Both the position numbers and the translations under genes were made by a program. From an uncultured delta proteobacterium (GTDB taxonomy: Bacteria > Myxococcota_A > Polyangia > Polyangiales > Polyangiaceae), in assembly GCA_963841435.1 (NCBI GenBank), contig CAWJCS010000003.1:224001-288000 (forward strand): 64,000 nt of DNA, given 5' to 3'. Shown here piece by piece: positions 53,140-63,266 of the stretch. Below the pieces are notes generated by a model. That model had not been told where the DNA came from, did not search any database, and saw nothing but the letters and a program-made list of their open reading frames with translations. Each line of letters opens with the position of its first letter. Positions within the stretch are counted from its first letter, which is position 1.

Positions 53140-53427
53140 GTCGCAGGGCGGCCCAGGCGCCGCTCGCGGCGTGCACCGGTGCCAGGCTCGCGCGCGGGCT
53201 TGGATAGACGGAAGGACGTGCGCGCTCGGCGTCTTCTGAGAGCGGCGAAACGGCCGACCCGCGCTCAGCCCCACCGTGCGTAGGCGTCCCGAATCAGCGC
53301 GTCCGACTCGAATGGCGCCTTCGCATCCGTTGCTCGGCGCCGAAAGCGCACCTTAGCACTGCCCGCCGCGGCTCCTCCGCAAGAGCCCACCATCACTCCC
53401 GCCGCGTGCGGCGACGGCCGCATCGAA

Positions 53428-54132
53428 ATGGCCGAAGAGTGCGACGACGGGAACATAGTCGGCGGCGACGGTTGCAGCATGCAGTGTCTCGTGGAGTGTG
53501 GACCGGAGTGCTATCCCGGCGTGACCCTCGTCGACCGCTGCGGCGACGGCTTCTTGCGCGTCGGGGTCGAGGCTTGTGACGACGGCAACACCATGGGCGG
53601 TGACGGCTGCTCCAGTGATTGCCACCTCGAGCCCGAGTGCAACGGCGCGTGCACGGCGCGCTGCGGCGACTTCGTCGTCGAGCCCGGGGCCGAAGAGTGC
53701 GACGACGGCAACCTCCGCCCCGGCGACGGCTGCTCGCCGGACTGCACGATCGAAGCCGGTTGGACTTGTCTCTCCGACGGCATGGAGGCGGCCAGCCACT
53801 GTGAGCCCTTGTGTGGCGACGCAATGGTCGCTCCGGGCGAGTCCTGCGATCCGGCGCCGGAGCCGGTGGATTACGGCCTCGGCGGCTGCACGGCGGTGTG
53901 CACGCTTTCGGCTTTCTGCGGCGACGGGATCGTCCAGTCGGCGTATGGCGAGGAATGTGATGCCGGCGTCGCCGGTAACCTCGGCGAATACGGCGGGGGC
54001 TGCACCGTCGATTGCCACTTCGGTCCACGCTGCGGCGACGGGCGCATCAACGTCATGTTCGGCGAACAGTGCGACCCCGGTGCCTGCAGTGCGCACGATT
54101 GCAGCACTGACTGCGCGCTCTTGGTGAAGTGA
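53428..54132 (+). CDS. Myxococcus cysteine-rich repeat (DUF4215) protein, probably 5'-truncated
   Basis: Repeated CGDG...EECDDGN...GDGCS; no signal peptide. Confidence 0.8.
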   Translation: MAEECDDGNIVGGDGCSMQCLVECGPECYPGVTLVDRCGDGFLRVGVEACDDGNTMGGDGCSSDCHLEPECNGACTARCGDFVVEPGAEECDDGNLRPGDGCSPDCTIEAGWTCLSDGMEAASHCEPLCGDAMVAPGESCDPAPEPVDYGLGGCTAVCTLSAFCGDGIVQSAYGEECDAGVAGNLGEYGGGCTVDCHFGPRCGDGRINVMFGEQCDPGACSAHDCSTDCALLVK

Positions 54133-54253
54133 GGCGGGCTCGGGCGCCGCGCGCTCACGCTCTCGGTTCGTACACGTCTCGAATCGACGCGTCCTTCTCG
54201 AACTGCGCCTTGGCGTACGGGCACGTCGCGCAGCGCCCTCAGCGCCATTTTGA

Positions 54254-54368
54254 CACCACATCACGAATTCCAGGCTCACAAAAAACCGGGTCTCCCTGCC
54301 CTCCACCTCGTGCACACTCTCCCGCTCCCTTCCCTCCCTTATCCCAGTTGCTTTCCTTGGCCGCCGAC
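54254..54368 (+). repeat. Dispersed repeat copy D (full length)
   Basis: caccacatcacgaattccaggctcac...ttgctttccttggccgccg. Confidence 0.95.
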
Positions 54369-54400
54369 GCGTATCGAGCGATTGTCGTTTGCGAGCAGGA

Positions 54401-55185
54401 CTAAGCGTCCGAGGCGAAGCCGGCAATCGGGAACGGCGGGCCCGGCTTGGCGAAGAGGTAGCCCTGCATGATGTCACAGCCCGTTCGGGCGAGAGCATCG
54501 CGTTCCCCAGGCGTTTCGATGCCTTCCCCGGTGACGATCAGGCCAAGCTCGTTCGACATCTGGACCATCGTGCGAACCAGGGTGAATTTGGTGGGCTCGC
54601 GATCGAGGCCGCGGATGAGCGCCATGTCGAGCTTGACCACGTCGGGCTCCAGCAGCGCGAAGCTGGTGAGCCCCGCGTAGCCCGCACCGAGGTCGTCAAC
54701 GGCGATCCGGAAACCGAGCTTACGTAGGGCCGCGACCCGGGATCGCACGTCCTTGATGGCGTCCAGCGTCAGGCGCTCCGTGATCTCGAGCACGATGCGG
54801 GGGGCAAGACGCGTCAGCGGAGCACTTTCGTCGAAGAGCTCCTCGTCGAGCAAGTCGCGGGGATGGAGATTGAGAAACAGCACGGCCTCTTGGGGGATCC
54901 GAGCCAGCGGCTCGATGGCTCGCGCCCGGATTTTCCGTCCGAGCTCGTGCACCCGGCCGAGACGCTCGGCGGCCTCGAGCATGGCCCCCGGGTGAGGCAG
55001 CGCGGGCTCGTTGCTGCGCAGAAGGGCCTCGTAGCCCCTAGCAGGTACTCGAGCGCCGCCTTCGCGTCTGGTGCCGTCTGGACGTCGTAGCCGGCTCTCG
55101 TCAGGGCGCGTGCCTCGATCTGGAGCAACGCGTCGTCGTCGTCGACGACGAGCGCGCGCATACCCTTGTGTTGGTCGATGATCAT
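54401..55185 (-). pseudogene. REC-EAL c-di-GMP phosphodiesterase with an internal deletion at ~55040
   Basis: Receiver start (LVVDDD) joined out of frame to GYEALLR; LEITE, DDLGAGY, VKLD, QGYLF. Confidence 0.85.
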
Positions 55186-57179
55186 GCACCCTCAGCTAAC
55201 GTGGGTGGCGGCCTGCTCGGGAAGGTCTTGTCATCGAGCACTTCCCGGACTTTTCTGCTGAGGAGCGCCGGTGTCACGGGCTTCTGGATGAAGGCCACGC
55301 CCGTATCGAGCACGCCGTGGCGCACGATGCTGTCGTCCGTGTACCCGGACATGCAGAGGACCTTCATCTCGGGGCGTATTCGGGCCAGGCGCCGCGCCAG
55401 CTCCGGCCCGCTCATCTGCGGCATGACCACGTCGGTGAGCAAGAGATCGATCCGCTCCTCGCGCGACTCGCAGAGGAGCAACGCTTCGCCGGCGTTTTGG
55501 GCGGGGATGACGCTGTATCCCTGGCGCCGCAAGAAGCTTTGGACGATCGCACGCACCTGCTCTTCGTCCTCGACGAGCAGGATGGTTTCCGTCCCCCTGA
55601 GCGTCTTCGGCTCCACTTGCTCCCTCGGCGCGTCGAGCGCGGCGTCCACCCGGGGCAGGTAGACCTTGAAGGCGGTACCCCGACCGATCTCGCTGTACAC
55701 CCAAATGCTCCCGCCACTCTGCTGGACTATGCCAAACACGGTCGAGAGACCGAGGCCGGTCCCCTTCCCGAGCTCCTTCGTCGTGAAGAACGGCTCGAAA
55801 ATTTGGGTCTGGGTCGCGCGGTCCATGCCCGTGCCCGTGTCCGTCACCGAGAGCATCACGTGGGGGCCCGCCTTGGCCGGCAGATGAGCGAGCGCGTACG
55901 CCTCGTCGAGCTCGACATTCGTCGTTTCGATCGTCAGCTTGCCACCCTTGGGCATCGCGTCGCGGGCATTGACGACCAGATTCAGGATGACCTGTTCGAT
56001 GTGGGTCGGATCGACTTTGACGCGCCCCGGAGCCTTCGGGGAAAGGATCACGAGGTCGATGTCCTCCCCCACCATGCGCCCGATCATCTTGTTCAACCCG
56101 GCGAGCACCTCGTCGAGGGCGACGACCCTCGGCTCGGCAACCTGCTGGCGGCTGAACAGCAAGAGCTGTCGGGTGAGTCCTGCGGCGCGATGCGCCGCGG
56201 CACGAATTTCCTCGATGTCGCCCCGCATGGGGTCCGCCGGCTTCAGGTCCTCCAGCAGCACTTCGCCGTAGCTCAGGATGACCGAGAGAACGTTGTTGAA
56301 GTCGTGCGCAACGCCACCGGCGAGCCGCCCAACCGCTTCCATCTTCTGCGCCTGCCTGAGCTGTTCCTCGCTCTTGCGCAGGGCGCTCTCCGCCTCGGCG
56401 CGCCCCCGCTCGGCTAGCTTGCGCTCGGTGAGATCGGCAATGATGGCGATGCATTTCGGGTAGTCGAGCATCGCCACGCCCACCACCACCGGCACGCGGC
56501 TCCCGTCCTTGCGAAACGTCTCGGTCTCCCAGGGACGCGCGACCCCCGAAGCCTGGAGCTGCTCCGCGGCGCGCTCGGCGAGCGGTCTAAGCTCGGGCGG
56601 CGTGAGGTCCGCCCAACGGACGGCGCCGCCCACGAGCTCCTCCCGCGAGTAGCCGATGAGGCTCAGGTAGGCGTCGTTGGCCTCGAAAATGGTGCCGTTC
56701 ACGTCGACGATCACGATGCCGATGATGCCCGACTCGGCGAGACGGCGGAAGCGCCCCTCGCTTTCCCTGAGCGCGTTCTCGACACGACGGCGTGCGAGTC
56801 GTTCCCTGTGGTCGGCGAGCTCGCGTTCGACCGCGGGTGTGAGCCTTCCGAGGCGGTCCTTGAGCACGTAGTCCTGCGCTCCCGCGCGCATTGCCTCCAC
56901 CGCCGTATCCTCCCCGATCGTTCCCGACACGATGATGAAAGGCAGGTCTCGATCCACCTCCCTCAAGAGCGCGAGCGCGTCGAGCGCGCTGAATTTCGGC
57001 AGCGACCAGTCCGAGATGACGATCTCCCAGGTATTGTCGGCGAGCGCCCTTCGCATGGCTTCCGCCGTTTCCACGCGCTCGAAGTCGACCTTCCGCCCCC
57101 CGCGGCGGAGCTCGGCGACGACCAGCTTCGCGTCGGTCGGGGAGTCCTCGACCAGCAAGACGCGCAGGCGAACGGTCAT
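55182..57179 (-). CDS. Hybrid sensor histidine kinase (REC-PAS-HisKA-HATPase-REC)
   Basis: AHDFNN, NARDA, DTGTG, FTTK, GTGLGL; receivers at both ends. Confidence 0.93.
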   Translation of the reverse strand: MTVRLRVLLVEDSPTDAKLVVAELRRGGRKVDFERVETAEAMRRALADNTWEIVISDWSLPKFSALDALALLREVDRDLPFIIVSGTIGEDTAVEAMRAGAQDYVLKDRLGRLTPAVERELADHRERLARRRVENALRESEGRFRRLAESGIIGIVIVDVNGTIFEANDAYLSLIGYSREELVGGAVRWADLTPPELRPLAERAAEQLQASGVARPWETETFRKDGSRVPVVVGVAMLDYPKCIAIIADLTERKLAERGRAEAESALRKSEEQLRQAQKMEAVGRLAGGVAHDFNNVLSVILSYGEVLLEDLKPADPMRGDIEEIRAAAHRAAGLTRQLLLFSRQQVAEPRVVALDEVLAGLNKMIGRMVGEDIDLVILSPKAPGRVKVDPTHIEQVILNLVVNARDAMPKGGKLTIETTNVELDEAYALAHLPAKAGPHVMLSVTDTGTGMDRATQTQIFEPFFTTKELGKGTGLGLSTVFGIVQQSGGSIWVYSEIGRGTAFKVYLPRVDAALDAPREQVEPKTLRGTETILLVEDEEQVRAIVQSFLRRQGYSVIPAQNAGEALLLCESREERIDLLLTDVVMPQMSGPELARRLARIRPEMKVLCMSGYTDDSIVRHGVLDTGVAFIQKPVTPALLSRKVREVLDDKTFPSRPPPTLAEGA

Positions 57180-57625
57180 CGCGTTTCGCGCAGCGCCGAC
57201 GCCGGCGCCGGCTCGTTCAAGAGCAGCCAAAAGAAGCCGAGCGCCTGAGCTGCCTGGGCGAACGCAGCAAAATCGACCGGCTTTCGCACGTACCCGTTGG
57301 CCCCGCTCGCGTAGCTCTCGAGCACGTCCTCTTCCTCCTTGGACGATGTGAGGACGACGACCGGAAGTAACTTGGTGTGCTGATGGGCGCGGATCCGACG
57401 CAGCACCTCCAGCCCGTCGATTTTCGGCAGCTTCAGGTCGAGTAGGACGAGCGCCGGCAAGCTCGGAACGTCCTTGGCTTGGTCCCTCGGTAGAAGCCGC
57501 TCAAGCGCCGCAGCCCCGTCCCGTGCGACCACGATTTCGTTTGCCACGCCGCAGTTTTTGAAAGCGAGGAGCGTGAGCTTCTCGTCACTCGGGTTGTCTT
57601 CGACCAGCAAGATCACCTTGTTCAT
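57176..57625 (-). CDS. Single-domain response regulator
   Basis: LLVEDN, LDLKLP, LTSS, YVRKPV. Confidence 0.92.
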   Translation of the reverse strand: MNKVILLVEDNPSDEKLTLLAFKNCGVANEIVVARDGAAALERLLPRDQAKDVPSLPALVLLDLKLPKIDGLEVLRRIRAHQHTKLLPVVVLTSSKEEEDVLESYASGANGYVRKPVDFAAFAQAAQALGFFWLLLNEPAPASALRETR

Positions 57626-59514
57626 GTGGGGTCCTCCTCGGCGCGTGCCGGCAACGTGAAGTAGAACGTTGCACCCGCGCCGACCGCGCCCTCCGCTCGA
57701 ACCTGGCCACCGTGACGGCGCACGATGCGTTGTACCGTGGCCAGTCCGATACCCGTGCCGGGGAATTCGGCTGCCGAATGCAGCCGCTGAAATGGTGAAA
57801 AGAGCTTCTTGGCGTAGGCCATGTCGAAGCCTGCGCCGTCGTCCCGCACGAAAAACCAGCGTGCCCCGAGCTCGTGCGTCGAGCCGACGTCGATGCGGCT
57901 CGAATCCTGCCCGGCCGTGAACTTCCAGGCATTGCCCAGCAGGTTGTCGAGCAGCGCGAGCAGGAGTCGCGGATCGGCATCGACGGTCAGGTCCGGCTCC
58001 ACGCGAACCGCCACCTGGCGCGCGGGCTCCGCGGCGCCGAGGCGCGCCGCCACGTCACGGGCGAGAGCCGAGAGATCGACGGGCTCACGGCGGAGCTCAC
58101 TGCGTGTCACGCGAGCGAGGGCGAGTAGCGCATCGATGAGCTCTCCCATCTTGTTCGCGTTGAGCAGGATCTCCTGCAGATAGTCGCGCCCCTCGGCGTC
58201 CAGCCTTTCTCGGTAGGTGTCGAGCAATACCTGGGCAAAACCGTTCATGCCACGCAGCGGCGCTCGGAGGTCGTGTGCGACCGAGTAGCTGAACGCCTCG
58301 AGCTCGCGGCTGGCGGCTTCCGCCAGATCCTTGGCGTGGGTGACGGCTGCTTCCGCGCGCCGGCGCGCGGTGATGTCACGCGCCACCTTGGCCGCGCCCA
58401 CGACGTTGCCACGGGAATCGCGCACGGGAGAGCTCGTCACGGAGACGTCGACCTTGCCCCCGTCCTTTTTCACCCGTACGGTATCGAGCTGCTCGATGCG
58501 CTCACCTCGCGACAGTCGGTCGAGGATGTCCGTTTCTTCGGCGCGGCGATCCGGCGGGACGAGGAGCGAGATCGATTTGCCGACCACTTCCTCCGCCGCG
58601 TAGCCGAACAGACGCTGGGCACCGGCGTTCCAACTGGTGATCGTGCCATCGAGTTGCTTGCCGATGATGGCGTCGCTCGACGACTCCACGATCGCCGCGA
58701 GGCGTGCGCGCTGTTCCTCGCTTTTCCGCCGCTCCGTCACGTCGCGGATGCTGCTCGAGACGAGGACACCGCCCGGCGTCTCGAGCGGACTCAAGCTGAT
58801 CTCCACCGGGAACTCGCTGCCGTCCTTGCGCAGGCCGAAGAGCTCGAGCTCGGTGCCCATCCCGCGCGCGCGCGGGTGGGCGAAGAAGCCCGCGCGGTGC
58901 TCGGGGTGGTGCCCCCGGAACCTCGTCGGGACGAGCACCTCGACCGCGTGCCCCAAAAGCTCCGAGCGAGCGTAGCCAAAAAGGAGCTCGGCCCGGCCGT
59001 TGACGAGCACGATCTTCCCGTCTGCATCGATGATGACGACGGCATCGGGCGCCGCTTCGAGCAGGCCCCGAAACATGGCTTCCGAGCGGACGTCGCGCAG
59101 CCGGGCGACCTCCTCCGCCGCCCGCCGGTTCTCGCTCAGATCGACGACGAACGCGAGCACATCCCCCTGGGTCCCCGCCACGAGCGCTGAGCCAACCAGC
59201 ACCGGAACGCGGGCTCCGCTCTTGTGCAGGTACTCCTTCTCGCGCGGCGCGATCACGCCCTTGGCGCGCAGCTCTCGGTCGGCTCGATCGTCGGCATCAC
59301 GCCACTCGGGCGGCGTGAGCGAGTGCCAGTCGACGCGGCCAGAAAGGACCTCGTCCCGATCGTAGCCGAGGGTCTCGAGCAGGGCGTCGTTGATCTCGAC
59401 GATGCGACCTTCGAGCGTTCCCACCGTGACGCCGATGACGCCGGTCGTGTATAGAGCCGCATGCCGCGCTCGGCTACGCGCCCGTGAGTCCGCAGTCGAT
59501 TTCCCGTCTCTCAA
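57622..59514 (-). CDS. Three-PAS sensor histidine kinase
   Basis: Three PAS repeats; [28 protein letters not shown]. Confidence 0.93.
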   Translation of the reverse strand: MRDGKSTADSRARSRARHAALYTTGVIGVTVGTLEGRIVEINDALLETLGYDRDEVLSGRVDWHSLTPPEWRDADDRADRELRAKGVIAPREKEYLHKSGARVPVLVGSALVAGTQGDVLAFVVDLSENRRAAEEVARLRDVRSEAMFRGLLEAAPDAVVIIDADGKIVLVNGRAELLFGYARSELLGHAVEVLVPTRFRGHHPEHRAGFFAHPRARGMGTELELFGLRKDGSEFPVEISLSPLETPGGVLVSSSIRDVTERRKSEEQRARLAAIVESSSDAIIGKQLDGTITSWNAGAQRLFGYAAEEVVGKSISLLVPPDRRAEETDILDRLSRGERIEQLDTVRVKKDGGKVDVSVTSSPVRDSRGNVVGAAKVARDITARRRAEAAVTHAKDLAEAASRELEAFSYSVAHDLRAPLRGMNGFAQVLLDTYRERLDAEGRDYLQEILLNANKMGELIDALLALARVTRSELRREPVDLSALARDVAARLGAAEPARQVAVRVEPDLTVDADPRLLLALLDNLLGNAWKFTAGQDSSRIDVGSTHELGARWFFVRDDGAGFDMAYAKKLFSPFQRLHSAAEFPGTGIGLATVQRIVRRHGGQVRAEGAVGAGATFYFTLPARAEEDPT

Positions 59515-59719
59515 GGACCCTCCTCGTGAAGTCCTGCTCTGGCGCCGGCCCGCGTAGTGTCGTTTCCGGGCACACCTGGATCATGGATTACCACAGATGA
59601 GGGTGCCAGGCGGGCTTTGCAAGTCGTGAAGAATAGGCACGTATCAGCCATCTACGACCGTCGCGCGCGTGGCGGACCACCCCACACGGGCCAGGCACCA
59701 CTGCCACCCGGCGAGTGGC

Positions 59720-60080
59720 TCAGGCTTGGCCGACATGCCGACGTCGGCGGCCACGATCTCGGCGATCGCCTCGACGCCGGCGGACTCGTCGTCCAGGACG
59801 CGATGCAGCGCCGCACAGGACGAGGGCATGCTCGGCAGACCCGCCATGCCCCGATGAAACGGCGCATCTCCGCGGAGCTCAGCCGCGCGCGCAGATCGAG
59901 AGCGCGAGCGAGCGTCGTGATCAGCGACTCCGAATCGCAGGGCTTGGCGCAAAGCGCTCGGCTGCAGCTCGCGCACGCGCTGCAACAGCTCGGCCCCGTC
60001 CATTCCGGGCATGCGCATTTCCGAAACGACCGCGTCGAACTGCTCGCGCTCGAGCTCGGCGAGGGCCGCGGGTCCACCTC
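59720..60080 (-). pseudogene. REC-HDOD protein fragment
   Basis: MRMPGMDG, AKPC, LPSMP, IVAADVGMSAK spread over several frames. Confidence 0.65.
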
Positions 60081-60351
60081 GGCGAATGCCATGTCCCAGA
60101 TCACGCTACAGGCGAGCACGGCGACGATCTCGGTGGTACGACGAGCGACAGCGGAGCGGCGGCGCTCGCGGTCGACGACGGCGCCGAGCTCGGAGCTTGC
60201 GGTGCATCCGTCGGGACCGCGGGCAACCCCGTTGGCAGCGCCGACGCGGCGGGCGAGTGCGACGGCGCGACCGAAATCGAGTCGCCGTCCGTTTGTTCAG
60301 CGGACCCGGAGGAGCCTTCGCCATCGCGCGGCTGACGAGCAACGCGACGTT

Positions 60352-60461
60352 CACCACATCACGAATTCCAGGCTCACAAAAACCGGGCCTCCCGCCCTCC
60401 ACCTCGTGCACACTCTCCCGCTCCCTTCCCTCCCTTATCCCAGTTGCTTTCCTTGGCCGCC
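60352..60461 (+). repeat. Dispersed repeat copy E (full length)
   Basis: Near-identical to copy D. Confidence 0.95.
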
Positions 60462-60821
60462 ACCTCGACGCTCACCATCGCGTATTCGCGCGGCGGCGCT
60501 CGACAGACGCTCCTCTGCCGCATCGCGCATCGTCCCCGCAACCGACGACGACCGGCCCGTTGTCGACCGAAAAGCACCACCGGTCCTCGTGTACCGGGTA
60601 AGCGAGCAGAGCGCGGCCACACGCGCCGCCTTCGCCGCCGCAGGTCGTGGCACCTGCCGCCGGCGCGCCCGCGGCGCCGACACCACCATGCCCGCCGACC
60701 GATGCACCAGCGGATCCCGAAGTCCCCCAGGCGCCCGAACGCCCTGCTGAGCTCGTTCCCCCGGCACCGGTCCCTCCTGCCCCACCGCGGCCACCCTGGA
60801 CCCCACGCCCGCTGCTCTCAT

Positions 60822-61150
60822 CGTCGCATCTGCTTCGCTATTTTGGCGTCCTCTCGAGCCACTCGCGCTTGAAAAAAGAGGTCGTCCCGCGCCCGCTGCC
60901 CGAGCCGAGCGCTACCGCGCCGCCACCAGCGCCTGGGGATTAGCTCGAGCTCGAGCTCGACGCCGAGAGCAACGAGCCGACGGGGCGCAAGCGCTGGGCT
61001 TGGCTGCTCAGGCATGTCTTTGCCGCTGACCTCGACACTTGCCCCCGCTGCTCGGGACCGATGCGCTGGTTGCAGGCCGCGACCACCCCGGAAGATGCAC
61101 GCCACCTGCTCGCGCGGCTCGGCCTCGCGCCTCGCCCTCCGCCGACTCCG
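60822..61150 (+). mobile_element. IS91/ISCR-family transposase C-terminal fragment 3
   Basis: HLLRYFGVLSSH, in-frame stop, WAWLLRHVF..D..TCPRCSGPM. Confidence 0.85.
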
Positions 61151-61152
61151 CC

Positions 61153-61507
61153 AACCACGGGCGCCCTCGCGAAGCAGCTCGTGCTGAAGCCGGCGCAATG
61201 CCCGGGTGTCCTCGAATCTACGAACCGCGGCCGTCTCGAAATCGAAGCGCACCAGCGGATCGCGCTGAAGGAGCAAAACCCCATCGCGCACGACCTCGGC
61301 GGCCAGCACCGGCGGCGCCGCCCGCAGATCGACCACATCGACCGTTCGCCGAAAGGAGGTCGCGCGACCTAGGCGCTCGATCAACCGGCTCCGTTCCTCG
61401 ATGTCAAGCTCGTGCGTTGCCAGAATCGCCACGTCCACATCCGACTCGCCCGAATCGTCCCCTCTCCCCACCGAGCCGAAAACGTAAGCGAGCAACACGT
61501 CCTCGTG
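61153..61507 (-). pseudogene. Duplicate of mntA (43555..43909), 5'-rearranged, with no hepT
   Basis: 355 bp, 4 substitutions seen. Confidence 0.92.
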
Positions 61508-61595
61508 CCCACGAAACCCTCGATGCGCTCCGCTCGGCTCCCCAGTCGCTTCCGGAGCTCGTCGGATGCTTCGCTCGGGTGCGTGAACGCGGCGA

Positions 61596-63013
61596 CTACT
61601 CGAATCTCAGGGAGGGATAGGGCGACAGCCGAGCGTCGAATTGCCACACCGTCGCGAAATCCCAGCTGGAAAAGCTCGATGGCGAGCGCATCTGGGCGTC
61701 GGACAGCGCCGTGCCCAGCGTGCCGGGCAGCGTGTCGAGGAAGTAGCTCGAGGTGAGCACGTAGTCGCTGCCCGCATCGACGATGCCAATCAGCCCGTCG
61801 GGATTCGTGCTCGAGAGCACCGCCGCCGCAGCGTACGAATTCGTGATCACGATTTCGGTACCCGTGATGTCGCCCACCAAGCCGGCCGCGGCGTCAGGGC
61901 TCGTGACGGAGGGCGAGCGCGCGTAGCAGTTGACGACGTCACCCTGGAACAAGCTGCCAATCAGGCCGCCGACGGAGCCGTCGGTCCCCACCACCTCGCC
62001 GACCGCGAACGACTCCTCGACCAGCGCGGTGCCCGACTGCCGGCCAATGAGGCCCCCGACCCGGCGCGCGCCGTTGACCGTGGCCGAGCTCCACGAGCGC
62101 CGCACCTGGCCATTCTCGTTCACCCCCATCAGGCCGCCCACGTGATTGCCGCCGCTCGTGATGGTGCCGGCGGCCGAGCAGTCCTCGACCAGCCCGTGGT
62201 TGTTGCCGATGAGGAGGCCCCCGTGGTCGGGCAGAGCCAGGGTGGCGTCAACGTGCACGCCCCGGAGCGTCCCGCCGTTGCCATGCGCGAGAAGCCCCCA
62301 GCCGTACGACTCGGCACTCGCGTCCGCCGCGCCGGACAGGTCGAGATCACGCACGACACCCCCCGTTTCGAACGTCGTAAAATAGTGCCCAGTCGAACGT
62401 GCGAGATCCGGTGTCGGCGGCCGTCGAGCGTGCCGATGAAAGGATCCGAGACGCCGCCGATGCTGCCGAGCGGTGCCGAAAGCTCCGCCAGATCGAGGTC
62501 GTCGCCGAGCGCGTAATGCTGGTCGAGGCCGTAGCCACCGGTGCCCACCAGCGTGAGCTGAATGGGCAGGCAGACGAGGTAGGGCTCCGTTGTCGTCCCC
62601 GCGCCCTGCAGCGCGCTCGGGGTGGCGGTGTCGCAGCGCGCGTCGCGCATCGGTCCGGGCTCGCCGTCGCTGCCCCCTTCGCCACCCGCACCCGCGGAGG
62701 TGGGAACGCCGCCCTCCCCCGCGCCCAGGTTCCCGCCGCTCCCGGCGCCGCCGCCCCGACCGCCGCGGCCTCCCGCACTGTCGCCACCCTGAGGCTCGCC
62801 AGCCTCGCCGGCGGACGTGCCGGACGTTCCCCCGGACCCACCGGTCGTCGCGCCAGCACCCGACCTGCCCGCTGAACCGGAGCTTCCGGCCGTGCCTCCG
62901 GCGCCCGCGTGCGCGCCACCGGTCGCCAACTCGTCATCCCCGCACGCCGGGGCGGTGACGGCCAGTGCACCAACCATCACGACCCGTAGCTTCGCCGACC
63001 TGAGCCCTCGCAC
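61596..63013 (-). pseudogene. GLUG-motif lipoprotein with frameshifts at ~62360-62400
   Basis: PAC lipobox, Gly linker, GAGT..EPY, VGGLIG repeats, SWDFATVW. Confidence 0.75.
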
Positions 63014-63266
63014 GATGCCTCCTTCGATCTCACGGATCTTCCGCCTCTGCAACGGGAGCCCTGGACGGTCGGGCCTTCCCCACGACAACGCTACACGCGG
63101 GTTGGATCTCATCACTCGCGCGAGAATAGAGGGCTGCGCAGTGCCGTCTCCCATAGGCGACCCGGCCTATTGTCCGATACCGCAGCCGCGCGTAGCCACC
63201 CAGGTATGAGCCGGGCTCAGTCAGTGACGCGACGCCACGCGCCGGAGCGGCGCGAGAAGTGATGTG

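Noticed and set aside
34893-60461. Integron attC sites
   Set aside because: The repeats lack RYYYAAC/GTTRRRY ends and long dyad symmetry, and no integron integrase is present in the window.
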